DNA from: Bacteroidales bacterium
Lineage (GTDB): Bacteria; Bacteroidota; Bacteroidia; Bacteroidales; VadinHA17
DNA length: 64,000 nucleotides
NCBI GenBank assembly: GCA_017999895.1
Contig: JAGNKY010000007.1
Span: 71,285-135,284, forward strand
Direction of reading: 5' to 3'
A program made the translations under genes and the position numbers. The notes under the pieces were generated by a model. It saw nothing but the letters and a program-made list of their open reading frames with translations, made no database searches and was not told the DNA's origin. Below, piece by piece: positions 45,917 through 55,631 of this stretch (position 1 is the first letter of the stretch; each line of letters starts with the position of its first letter).

Positions 45917-48151
45917 TTATAAAATGAAAGTATGAACATATTTCACCATTACAGTTTCGTTAAAGAAACCTGGTGGTTCGGGAATTAGACTACTATTTGT
46001 TATACCGCGAAAATCATTGAATACTAAATAAAAATCATTTCCTTCGCGTGGATTATAGCGTAACCTGAAATTAGTAATAAGTTCATCTTCTGTATTCACA
46101 TATTGTACGAGCAAAGATGCCGACAATTTTGTGCTTAACATCAACAAAGCTTTCATATTCACAACATGAATATCGAGTGAATTATTTACTGTTCTGTCGG
46201 GAAACCTTATTGCATTGAATTCATACATTAAAGACAAGTTCAGACTGGAAGATACATTAAACTTAGGCTCTGCTCTTAATCCTACTCTATAACCGTCGTA
46301 AAACTGCCCGCCATTTATTTCTCCTCTTATGGATAATTTCCTGGCTTCAGAAGTTCCAATATTTACTTCCATCCCGATGAATGAATATTCGCCGCTCTTA
46401 ATGACTATACTGTCGGAAAGGTTGAAATCGTGGAGAACACCCTCTCTCTGTATTTCAAGAGAAATTTCTCCGTGAATATTTTTTTTGGTGTTGATTTCAA
46501 ATCCAGGGGATATTCTCATTGATTCCAGATCTCCATCCTGCAGACGCACATACCTTTCACCTCTTATATTAACGTTATAGTTAAATAGCTTTGATTCCTC
46601 ACCCGGAATCCATCCATATAACAGCTCACCATCCACACCCTGAACACCCCTACGCCTAACAAAGCCGATACCCGGGTTGAATTTCAATCCGGAATATGAA
46701 TAATTAAGTCTGTAAGCAAATCCTTCTTCTGTCCGTCTTTCCCAGTTCAACAATATAAACGAGGGAGATAGCGAGTTCAGCTTATTCCCCAGTTCGTTAT
46801 CGTAAGTCTGTGACCATTTGATATTGAGATAATCATCGCCAAAGAGACGGAATATACCATCAACGCCATAAGCAATATTCCTGTCGCCATTCATTCCAAT
46901 CCTGGAAGTCAATATTCCCCCAACATAGCTGTTCTGATTAATTACCTGGCGGCGCATTCGGAGAACCCCAAAATTCTGACCTGGTACTTCCTCATATTCT
47001 TCAGTCTGCATATCCAGGAATCCCACATCCCAGTTTCCTATCCTGCCGGTAAGCCTTGCCCCACCGTAGATTCTTGTCTGATTGCCATTTGCTATTCCAA
47101 TTCTTCTGCTGTAAAACAGGTTATCGGAAGATCCTCCAAGGGTGAAATCAAACAGGCTTGATCTTTCCTGAAAAAATTTCCTCTTTTCAGGAAAGAAAAG
47201 AGAATATCTTGTAAGATTCACCTGCTGGTCGTCAGCTTCCACCTGTGCAAAATCAGTATTGACAGTAAGATCGAGTGTGAGATTACTGTTAATATTATAT
47301 TTTACGTCGAGGCCAGCATCAAACAGATTTTCTTTCTCTTTGATATAATCGGACTCCTCTTCATTCAGCCGGTTATTTACCTCCAGCCCGCCCAGCAAAT
47401 AAGGCGATAAATATAATGGTTTTTCCGGCCTGGCTCCGTAAATCTCAATTGTTTGTGCCAATGAAGGTTTTTGGATGGCCATAAATCCATATTTAGGATC
47501 AATGGCAGGATATGTGTCTGTCTCATTGTATGCACTTATATTGCGTACTATTATAAGACCCATTCTTACAACATCATTTATGGGTTTAAACTTAAGACTT
47601 GAAAACGGGATTCTCATTTCAACATACCATCCGTTATTATCGCGGGTTGTTTTGACATCCCAGAAAGTATCCCAGCTTGTATTCAGGGATGACATGAAAG
47701 GTCCTCCAACAGCATCGTTGGAGATTGTATAGTCGGTACGTAAACCGGTTGGAGCAGTGAAAAAAGCAAGCCCATTTTCGTTGTCGTCATAGGTATCAAG
47801 AATAATTCCAAATGCATCATAATCAAAAAGCATCTCGTCTCTTTTCTTTGTCACTGTAAAAATTTTTGATGGGTCGTTCATGAAAAGACTTGCTCCTACC
47901 CATAGAAATTTATTGTCATAACCGATTCTGATATCGCTTTTCTCAGAAGGCTGTGACATGTAATTTGGCTTATGCATGGTTAATTCAAACAAATCAAGTG
48001 CCTTCCATGTAACTTCATCAGGTTTGCCGTCAAAATGAATCGGCTCGTTGATTCTTTTTATCCTGACAGCTTCCTGAGCTGAACAAATGCTGTAGACAGA
48101 CAATACTAAAATGGCAAATAATAACCTGGGAATAATTCTCAAATTTGTCAT
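45917..48151 (-). CDS. secreted DUF5916 / CBM9-like domain protein
   Basis: 744 aa with a signal peptide. N-terminal IHFDGKPDEVTW...IRIGYDNKFLWVGA looks like CBM9-type modules. Long beta-rich C-terminus. Family by recollection only. Confidence 0.5.
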   Translation of the reverse strand: MTNLRIIPRLLFAILVLSVYSICSAQEAVRIKRINEPIHFDGKPDEVTWKALDLFELTMHKPNYMSQPSEKSDIRIGYDNKFLWVGASLFMNDPSKIFTVTKKRDEMLFDYDAFGIILDTYDDNENGLAFFTAPTGLRTDYTISNDAVGGPFMSSLNTSWDTFWDVKTTRDNNGWYVEMRIPFSSLKFKPINDVVRMGLIIVRNISAYNETDTYPAIDPKYGFMAIQKPSLAQTIEIYGARPEKPLYLSPYLLGGLEVNNRLNEEESDYIKEKENLFDAGLDVKYNINSNLTLDLTVNTDFAQVEADDQQVNLTRYSLFFPEKRKFFQERSSLFDFTLGGSSDNLFYSRRIGIANGNQTRIYGGARLTGRIGNWDVGFLDMQTEEYEEVPGQNFGVLRMRRQVINQNSYVGGILTSRIGMNGDRNIAYGVDGIFRLFGDDYLNIKWSQTYDNELGNKLNSLSPSFILLNWERRTEEGFAYRLNYSYSGLKFNPGIGFVRRRGVQGVDGELLYGWIPGEESKLFNYNVNIRGERYVRLQDGDLESMRISPGFEINTKKNIHGEISLEIQREGVLHDFNLSDSIVIKSGEYSFIGMEVNIGTSEARKLSIRGEINGGQFYDGYRVGLRAEPKFNVSSSLNLSLMYEFNAIRFPDRTVNNSLDIHVVNMKALLMLSTKLSASLLVQYVNTEDELITNFRLRYNPREGNDFYLVFNDFRGITNSSLIPEPPGFFNETVMVKYVHTFIL

Positions 48152-48379
48152 GATTTTAATTAAAAATGGTTATAAATAAACATAAATATCTAATCTGGAT
48201 CCAGCATCAATTGACATAAATCAGTATTTCGCCTTATTATTCGATAATGCCGCAATGAAATAATATTCATCTGAAATCCGATGATTTACTTTATAATAGA
48301 CATAGAAATTATGAGATTTATTCCTGGAATTTTTTTTTTTTACCTAACATTCAAAGTTGAGTTTTAATTTAAAATGGAA

Positions 48380-49405
48380 TCACAACTTCTGCGGGCTATA
48401 TTTTGCTTTCTCAAGAATCTGTTGATAATCTTTGAATTTCATCATCTCTTCCACACTCAATCCCCTATTGTTTTTCATAAACGATTCGATTATCCTGAAT
48501 CCAATCCATACTGCCGCACGACCGGGAGATTCTTTAGTAAAATAAGATGTAAAAGGTGCCTCTCCGATAAGCTTTCTTATAGTGATCTGATCGGTGCTGA
48601 AAAGAAGATTGTTTTCAACAAGATACTGCCACATCATTCCTTCATTGTCACGACAGAACCTCATCTGTTCGGGCGTGAAACCGAATATCATTTCATCCTG
48701 TAAATCAGGCAAAAGGCATTTTTTCACATACATAAACTTCCCCTCCCTTATGATTTCTGAAAGAACATTTTGAGAAGCCTGCCCTGCATCCCACTCAGAT
48801 GAGATCCATGCATATATGGCGTCAGGCACAACATATTCAGGTGTCATTTTAACTATTTGATAATTATATAAACCAAGCATGGGATAATACTTACAATCTT
48901 TACCAAGATACCTGTCGAGTCCGATGCCTAAAACTGAATCTCCCACAATAATACTGCTGTTAAAACCTGTAATGCAGGTGAAAACAGCAGGAATAGGTTT
49001 CGTTGAAAAATAATATTTATAATACCTGAAAGCGAGCGAAAGTTCTTTCTCAATAAACTGAACATCAGGAAACACTTTCATTGTTTCGTTAAAGACCTCA
49101 TTGTTCAGTCGGTCTGTACAAAATCTAATAAGCCCGTCTGTCCATGTCGAATCATCAGGTTCACCGATATTAATCACATAACCGAAATACTTAAGAAAGT
49201 CACCATACTTTTGCTTAAACGTTTGAATTGAATCCGGTATCTTTAACGGATCTACCGTAAAAAGATCTTTTTCAAGTCTTTTAATATGAACTTCTACACT
49301 AATACCTGAAATATTAACCTTATACGGGTTCTTTTTGCACGACAAAAAGCACGGAATGGTAAGGATGATTACCGAAATCAAAATCAATGTTAATTTTCTT
49401 TTCAT
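48380..49405 (-). CDS. gldB: gliding-motility lipoprotein GldB-like (DUF2268-related)
   Basis: 341 aa. Lipobox FLSCK. The C-terminal blocks FTPEQMRFCRDNEGMMWQYLVENNLLFS, APFTSYFTKESPGRAAVWIGFRIIESFMKNN and KAKYSPQK match my memory of Flavobacterium GldB. Confidence 0.6.
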   Translation of the reverse strand: MKRKLTLILISVIILTIPCFLSCKKNPYKVNISGISVEVHIKRLEKDLFTVDPLKIPDSIQTFKQKYGDFLKYFGYVINIGEPDDSTWTDGLIRFCTDRLNNEVFNETMKVFPDVQFIEKELSLAFRYYKYYFSTKPIPAVFTCITGFNSSIIVGDSVLGIGLDRYLGKDCKYYPMLGLYNYQIVKMTPEYVVPDAIYAWISSEWDAGQASQNVLSEIIREGKFMYVKKCLLPDLQDEMIFGFTPEQMRFCRDNEGMMWQYLVENNLLFSTDQITIRKLIGEAPFTSYFTKESPGRAAVWIGFRIIESFMKNNRGLSVEEMMKFKDYQQILEKAKYSPQKL

Positions 49406-49694
49406 AAGCTGATATTATTGATTGCTAAATTATCCACTTTGAAATAAAATGACAACAATCCGAATATAAAGTTTATTTTGACCTTAAACGTTTCGCTGCT
49501 TTGCCCTCCGTATCCGCCGGTTGGCGGAGAAGGATGGTCTCATACTCTATGCTGTCAGGCAGTCCTAAGGCCATACTAAACGGCACTCCGGGCGATAAGA
49601 AAGGATCATTCAATGTGACCAGATTAAATTTAATAAGATTTGTTATTTTTACTGCATAAAAATTTGTTTTACATTTCATTAAAATATCTGTTTC

Positions 49695-50387
49695 ATGAGT
49701 CTTCACAACTTTTTATCTGTAAAAAAAACCTGCGTCGTAATAAGTTTACTGACAATAATCTCAGGTGTAACAAATGCTCAGAACATCCGGTTTGGCATAT
49801 TTGCAGATCCTTTAATATCCTGGTTCTCGTCCGACACACGTGAAACAAAAAATGAGGGATCCAGAGCAGGATTCATCTTTGGATTCACATTCAATAAATA
49901 TTTTACTAATAATTATTCTTTCTCATCAGGTCTGAGCATCATTAATGCAGGAGGTAGACTTGTTACGTCAGACACAATAACAATGATATTCAATAATTTC
50001 AATACCACTGTTCCTGCGGGAAAATCAGTAATCTATAAAATCCATTATATTAACCTGCCTGTAGGACTCAAATTCGAATCGAATCAGATAGGTTATATTA
50101 CTTTTTTCTCCGATATCGGGCTCGACCCAAAGGTTGTAACAGGAGGTAAAGTTGATATTCCCTCTGAAAATATCGAAGGAGAATCAGCAATGAAAGAGCT
50201 AAGGAAATTCAATCTGGGGTATCATATAACAGGAGGTATTTCCTATTCGGTGGGAGGTACGACAGAAATTGTGCTTGGGCTTGGCTTCGAACAAAACTTT
50301 CTCGACATAACCAAAGACATTGTGCCACAGCCTGTTGACAGAATTTCACATAACTTTCTTAAATTTAGAGTTGGAATTAACTTCTAA
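49695..50387 (+). CDS. outer-membrane beta-barrel protein (PF13568/PorT-like family)
   Basis: 230 aa with a signal peptide. Alternating beta-strand pattern (YINLPVGLKFE, GYHITGGISYSV) and a C-terminal aromatic residue (VGINF). Confidence 0.7.
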   Translation: MSLHNFLSVKKTCVVISLLTIISGVTNAQNIRFGIFADPLISWFSSDTRETKNEGSRAGFIFGFTFNKYFTNNYSFSSGLSIINAGGRLVTSDTITMIFNNFNTTVPAGKSVIYKIHYINLPVGLKFESNQIGYITFFSDIGLDPKVVTGGKVDIPSENIEGESAMKELRKFNLGYHITGGISYSVGGTTEIVLGLGFEQNFLDITKDIVPQPVDRISHNFLKFRVGINF

Positions 50388-50396
50388 GTGCCGGTT

Positions 50397-52052
50397 ATGA
50401 AGATAACTATAGCACAGCTCAATTACCGGGTAGGCGACTTCGAAAGGAACGCAGGGCAAATAATCTATGCTATAAAAAAGGCCAGGGCCGAAGGTTCGGA
50501 TCTGGTTATTTTCTCAGAGTTGTGCGTTACCGGTTATCCCCCGCTTGATCTGCTCGATTATATTGATTTTATTAATGAAAGCAGTCAGACCATTAGCAGG
50601 ATAGCCGACGAATGCAGAGGCGTTACAGCAATAATAGGTGCGCCGGTAATGAATACAAAGGCTGAAGGCAAAAAACTCTTTAATGCTGCTATTGTTCTGA
50701 ATGAAGGCAGAATTATATTTCAGGCCAATAAATCCCTTCTCCCGACTTATGACATATTCGATGAATACAGATATTTCGAATCTGAGAAAAATTTTTCCAT
50801 TTTCAGTTTTAACGGGAAAAATATTGCACTAACAATTTGTGAAGACTTATGGGATGAACAGCCTTTTCTGAATGAGTTCGAGAAGTCGAGGCTCTATAAT
50901 GTTTCGCCGATGGATGAGCTTGCAAAGCTGAATCCCGAACTTATTATTAATATTTCAGCTTCGCCGTTTTCATACACACAAACCGAAACACGCCGTCAAA
51001 TTTTTATTAACAAAGCTTTAAAATACAGGTTGCCCATTATTTATGTAAATCAAACAGGGGCAAACAGCGAGCTTATTTTCGACGGAGGCTCGCTCATAAT
51101 TGACGGTGCTGGAAAAATTTTCCGACAGTTACCATTCTTCGAAGAATGTATTTCGACTTTTGAACTTGATGATCTTGCGATAGGAACTCAAAATCCTGAA
51201 CCTGATATTCCCGATAAAATAGAATTGATTTACAAGGCATTACTGACAGGTATCAGAGATTATTTTGGAAAGTCGGGGCTCAACAAAGCAGTTCTGGGCC
51301 TGTCGGGAGGACTTGATTCGGCTGTGGTTCTTTGTCTTGCTTCTGCCTCACTTGGAAGAGAAAATATAGCAGCTCTTATTATGCCCTCAAGATATTCCCC
51401 TGCCCAGTCTGTTGAAGATGCAGTGAAGATGGCGGAAAGCCTCGGAGTAAAATACGAAATTATCAGCATTGAAAAGCTTTTCAGGGCATTCGAGGAAGTT
51501 CTTGAGCCATTGTTCAAAGGACTTCCGGCCGATGTTACTGAAGAGAATATACAGGCACGCATAAGAGCTGTTCTGCTTATGGCATATTCCAATAAATTTG
51601 GATATATTCTTCTGAATACCTCCAATAAGAGCGAGATAGCTACCGGTTATGGCACTCTTTACGGCGATATGGCAGGTGGACTTTCAGTTATAGGGGATGT
51701 TTATAAGAGTGATGTTTACAGGCTCGCAAATTATATTAACCGCCATGAAGAAATCATTCCTGCCTCTATAATTGCAAAACCGCCATCGGCCGAACTGAAG
51801 CCTGATCAACTCGATACCGACAGCTTACCTCCTTATGTTGTTTTAGATGAAATAATTTACAGATATATCGAACTGTCGAAATCGGCAGATGAAATAATTG
51901 TCGAAGGCTTTGACGGGGAAATTGTTATGAAAACTCTTCGTATGATAAATTCAAATGAATATAAGAGATATCAGGCGCCGCCAATTCTGCGTGTCTCCTC
52001 AAAAGCATTTGGTGCAGGTCGAAAAATGCCTCTTGTTTTTGTCAAAAAATAA
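50397..52052 (+). CDS. nadE: glutamine-dependent NAD+ synthetase
   Basis: The ATG at 50397 is used (the track start at 50388 is GTG). An N-terminal nitrilase/CN-hydrolase domain (ELCVTGYPP, CEDLW) is followed by an NAD synthetase domain (GLSGGLDSAV, SNKSE..GY.TLYGD). Confidence 0.9.
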   Translation: MKITIAQLNYRVGDFERNAGQIIYAIKKARAEGSDLVIFSELCVTGYPPLDLLDYIDFINESSQTISRIADECRGVTAIIGAPVMNTKAEGKKLFNAAIVLNEGRIIFQANKSLLPTYDIFDEYRYFESEKNFSIFSFNGKNIALTICEDLWDEQPFLNEFEKSRLYNVSPMDELAKLNPELIINISASPFSYTQTETRRQIFINKALKYRLPIIYVNQTGANSELIFDGGSLIIDGAGKIFRQLPFFEECISTFELDDLAIGTQNPEPDIPDKIELIYKALLTGIRDYFGKSGLNKAVLGLSGGLDSAVVLCLASASLGRENIAALIMPSRYSPAQSVEDAVKMAESLGVKYEIISIEKLFRAFEEVLEPLFKGLPADVTEENIQARIRAVLLMAYSNKFGYILLNTSNKSEIATGYGTLYGDMAGGLSVIGDVYKSDVYRLANYINRHEEIIPASIIAKPPSAELKPDQLDTDSLPPYVVLDEIIYRYIELSKSADEIIVEGFDGEIVMKTLRMINSNEYKRYQAPPILRVSSKAFGAGRKMPLVFVKK

Positions 52053-52075
52053 AAAAACTTTCAGCCCGTTGAGGA

Positions 52076-54568
52076 CTATTCTCTTGTAAAGATTCTCTTC
52101 ACTCTTGAAGGTATGGAAGTCAGGACTTCATAAGGTATAGTGCCAACCTTTTTTGAAAACTCCTCGAGAGAAATATTCTTACCGAATATTTCAGCTTCAT
52201 CGCCTTCCTCCGCATCTATTCCTGTAATGTCGGCCATAGTCAAATCCATGCAGATATTTCCAACCACTGGAGCAAAGCCGTTCTTAATGAAAAAACTGCC
52301 CCTTCCGTTTCCAAGTCTGCGGTCGAATCCGTCGGCATAACCCACAGGCAAAATGGCGATACGTCTATCTTCCTCCGAAACATCTTTACATCCATATCCG
52401 ACCGGTTCACCGGCCGGCACGTTCTTTATCTGCAATATCCTTGTTACATATCTGACAGCCTCGTGAAGGTTTATGTCGGGCGTCCCCGTGATTCCGAAAA
52501 TACCTATACCTGGCCTTACCATATCGAACTGATATTCAGGGAAACGAAAAATACCGGCCGTATTAAGTAGGTGGACAAGAAAGCCGTAACCTAAGGCTTC
52601 CTTAATCTTATCGGCCGTTTCTTTCAGTAATTGGGCTTGCTTATGCGTGAAAAAGTCATATTCGGGTGCTTCGCTTGCCGAGAGATGTGAGAACACCGAT
52701 GCAACCCTGAGCGAACGCGCAGCTTTTATTTCCTCAATAAGAACGTCGGTTTCAGAAGGCATAAAGCCCAGACGATGCATGCCCGTATCAATTTTTATGT
52801 GCACCGGAAAGTCGGTAAGCCCATGTCGTGAAGCCGTTTCTGCAAAACTTCGCAACATTGTGAAGCTGTAAATTACCGGCTCGAGATTATATTTTATAAT
52901 AAGGTTGAAAGCATGAGGTTCGGGGTTCATAACCACTACCGGAAGCGATACGCCTGCATCACGCAGTTCGACACCTTCATCGGCATTTGCCGCTGCGAGG
53001 TAGTCAACCCTATGAAACTCGAGTAGCGAAGCAACGCCGGAAGACCCGGTACCGTAAGCAGAAGCTTTTACCATGGCCATTATTCTGGTACCTGGATTAA
53101 GGCGTTTCCTTATCTCATTGATATTGTATGAAACAGCATCGAGATTAATCTCAAGCATCGTCTGATGAATCTTCTGCACAAGGAGATTGCTTATCCTCTC
53201 GAACTCGAATTTACGAGCGCCCTTAAGCAGTATTACTTCACCTGAAAAATCTGCCCGTTCTATTTCCCTGCAAAAGTCCTGAGTGGAATCATAGAAAAAG
53301 CTGCCTGTAGGAAAGAGTTCTTTATTTCTTTGAAGTACAGGTCCTATACCTATGAACCTGTCTATTTTGAATGTATTCAGCAAACCTGCCACTTCCCCAT
53401 AGAGCTCTTTTTCATCCCTGCCAGTCTGTAAAAAATCGGACAGAATAAGCACCGACCGCCTGTTATTATGTGATTTAAGATATTCAAGTGCCATCTTAAG
53501 GGAGCCAGGGTCGGAATTATAATAGTCTTCGATAAGCAAGCAGCCGTTAATCCCTGCCTTTATCTCCATCCTCATTGCCACTGAGGCCAGCCTCGGAAGA
53601 CATTCTCTTATAGTTTCATACGATAAGCCTGCTATAAGACACGTTGTAATTACTGCTGCAGCATTTTCAATTGATGCCCTATCGTCGAAAGGTATATAAG
53701 ATTCAAAAATAGTATCTCCGCTTTTCACCGTAATATCTGTCCTCCCTGATGAAATTCTTGTTATTTTTATAAATATCGGAGCATTTTCGTCAGTAAAAGA
53801 CCAGCCGGCAAGTTTCTTTTTCGAGTAGATTTTATCTGAAAGAATTATGTCGCGTAACAGAACATGGTCCCTGCAAAAAACTATCACTTCGCTGTTTATA
53901 AACAATTTCAGTTTTTCAAGAGCTTTTTCTTTCTGAGATGCGAAATTTTCACTATGAGCATCTCCAATGTTTGTTATTACTCCTATATCAGGTTCTATAA
54001 TCCTGCGGAGTTTTTCCATTTCTCCTGGTTGTGAAATTCCGGCCTCAATTATTCCGACATTATATTTATTCTCAAGCTTCCATACCGACAGCGGCACGCC
54101 AATCTGAGAATTATAGCTTTTCGGGCTTCTCACTACAGGAGTAACAGAGCCTATGATATCTCCAAGCCACTCTTTCACAACCGTTTTGCCTGCGCTTCCT
54201 GTAACAGCTATTACTTTCCCTTTGAAACGACGTCGCCGTTCGGAGGCAAGCAACTGAAGAGCTTTAACACTGTTATTAGTGACAATAAATGCCGCATCGG
54301 TAAAATTTTCTATTCCGGACGGCATATTTTCAACAAAAAATATCCTTACACTGCGACGATATAGTTGTGAAAGAAAATTATGACCGTCGTGGTTAGGCCC
54401 TTTTATAGCAAAAAAGGCTGTGCCTTCCTGAAAAACGGACTGACGGCTATCAGTAATAATCTCTCTAATTTCAAGGTCAGAGCTACCGTATAGCTTACCG
54501 CCTGTTATCCCGGCAGCTTCACCTGTAGTTATTCTTTTATTCACACCCCGCAATTCGTTATCCATCAT
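52076..54568 (-). CDS. murF/alr: bifunctional UDP-MurNAc-tripeptide:D-Ala-D-Ala ligase (MurF) / alanine racemase (Alr) fusion
   Basis: About 830 aa. The N-terminal half is Mur ligase (AVTGSAGKTVVKEW). The C-terminal half is alanine racemase (MAMVKASAYGTG PLP-lysine motif, C-terminal YEVLTSI..RV.R). The track start at 54577 is TTG; the first ATG is at 54568. Confidence 0.9.
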   Translation of the reverse strand: MMDNELRGVNKRITTGEAAGITGGKLYGSSDLEIREIITDSRQSVFQEGTAFFAIKGPNHDGHNFLSQLYRRSVRIFFVENMPSGIENFTDAAFIVTNNSVKALQLLASERRRRFKGKVIAVTGSAGKTVVKEWLGDIIGSVTPVVRSPKSYNSQIGVPLSVWKLENKYNVGIIEAGISQPGEMEKLRRIIEPDIGVITNIGDAHSENFASQKEKALEKLKLFINSEVIVFCRDHVLLRDIILSDKIYSKKKLAGWSFTDENAPIFIKITRISSGRTDITVKSGDTIFESYIPFDDRASIENAAAVITTCLIAGLSYETIRECLPRLASVAMRMEIKAGINGCLLIEDYYNSDPGSLKMALEYLKSHNNRRSVLILSDFLQTGRDEKELYGEVAGLLNTFKIDRFIGIGPVLQRNKELFPTGSFFYDSTQDFCREIERADFSGEVILLKGARKFEFERISNLLVQKIHQTMLEINLDAVSYNINEIRKRLNPGTRIMAMVKASAYGTGSSGVASLLEFHRVDYLAAANADEGVELRDAGVSLPVVVMNPEPHAFNLIIKYNLEPVIYSFTMLRSFAETASRHGLTDFPVHIKIDTGMHRLGFMPSETDVLIEEIKAARSLRVASVFSHLSASEAPEYDFFTHKQAQLLKETADKIKEALGYGFLVHLLNTAGIFRFPEYQFDMVRPGIGIFGITGTPDINLHEAVRYVTRILQIKNVPAGEPVGYGCKDVSEEDRRIAILPVGYADGFDRRLGNGRGSFFIKNGFAPVVGNICMDLTMADITGIDAEEGDEAEIFGKNISLEEFSKKVGTIPYEVLTSIPSRVKRIFTRE

Positions 54569-54722
54569 TCTGTTCAATATTCATTGTTTCACGTTTCACG
54601 TTTCTAATTTCTTGTTCGATATTCATCATTCCTTGTTCGATATTCGATGTTTCTTTTCCCTTTTTCCTTGTCCCTTGTCCCTTTTTTCGACATTCCTTGT
54701 TCAATATTCGTTATTCGATGTT
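54566..54722. repeat. cluster of short direct repeats upstream of and overlapping the murF-alr start
   Basis: There are four copies of a ~19-nt unit with core CT(T)GTTCRATATTC, at 54566-54583, 54607-54625, 54627-54646 and 54691-54710. A 7-mer tandem gtttcac x2.7 lies at 54586-54604, and a 7-mer tandem ccttgtc x2.5 at 54666-54683. tattcgatgtt occurs twice (54641-54651, 54712-54722). Confidence 0.8.
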
Positions 54723-55122
54723 ATATCTTCACTTTTTTAAACTATAAAAATAAACAAAATGGAAAATACTAATCAACAGGAACGTTTAATACATAATTTT
54801 CAATAATCTATAATTAAACATTGCTATGATTCCTTTGATTATAAGGCTTTCTGCAATGCATATTCCTGATTTTTTTGTAGTTATTTTGCAACATATAGAA
54901 AGGTCTTTGTCTTTTTCCCGATAGTATAAATAAGTTGGCACCGAAAGAACCCGTGTCAATCAGTGAATTATGTGACGAATTACTTCTAATTCCATTATTG
55001 GCAATCATAAAAAGTGAAAATGGCAGGTAATTTATATAAAGCTTTAAAATTTAATTTTGATCATATTTCTTTAATAGGAACATTTATTGCATTTTTGCGT
55101 AAAATAATATAATGGATTATTT

Positions 55123-55413
55123 ATGAAAAATAAAAATAAAGATCGCATTGAGATTACTGAAATGTTTATGGCACAAGCTGACAAGGACAGATGTTTTTAC
55201 GGCATTCTCAAAAGAGAAAAGGATGCTAACGGAAATCCATTTGTTTTCAGCCGAATTATTGTCAATGACGGGTTAATTTGTGCACGTGCGTCCGAACAGA
55301 ATGAGCTTGGAAAAAATCTTGATGAGATGTGCAAAATGGTTCTTGACTATGGGCTACATAATGACTTGGGTGTTTCAATTGAAATCTTTGGGAATAAATT
55401 TTTTTGTAACTAA
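55123..55413 (+). CDS. hypothetical protein
   Basis: 96-aa ORF with no recognisable motif. Whether it is coding is unverified. Confidence 0.4.
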   Translation: MKNKNKDRIEITEMFMAQADKDRCFYGILKREKDANGNPFVFSRIIVNDGLICARASEQNELGKNLDEMCKMVLDYGLHNDLGVSIEIFGNKFFCN

Positions 55414-55631
55414 TCGGTGAGAAAACAAATAAAATTATCGTGATATTAAAGTTAAGGATTGATGAGTTATGACAGAATAATAAACGAAATAACCATTTTA
55501 TATACTTCCTTTCTAAAATTGTGAAAAATCTTAAAATCAATACTTAAAGCGACACTGATTTTACACTCCTATACCGAAATTGTTTACTTTTGCAAAGTAA
55601 ACAAAACAGCAGTTTTATAAATATCATCCCG

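Noticed and set aside
49490-49612. SRP (4.5S) RNA, because of GUCAGG and GGAGGGCAAAGCAGC-like strings.
   Set aside because: The strings lie on opposite strands. The hairpin loop is GGTT/AACC rather than a GNRA tetraloop flanked by the conserved symmetric loop. The 5' and 3' halves do not pair into the long SRP helix. I also found no match to the RNase P, tmRNA, TPP or cobalamin motifs I know.
54566-54722. CRISPR array.
   Set aside because: The repeat units are only ~19 nt or 7 nt long. They are irregularly spaced, with no unique spacers of 25-40 nt, and no cas genes are in the window.
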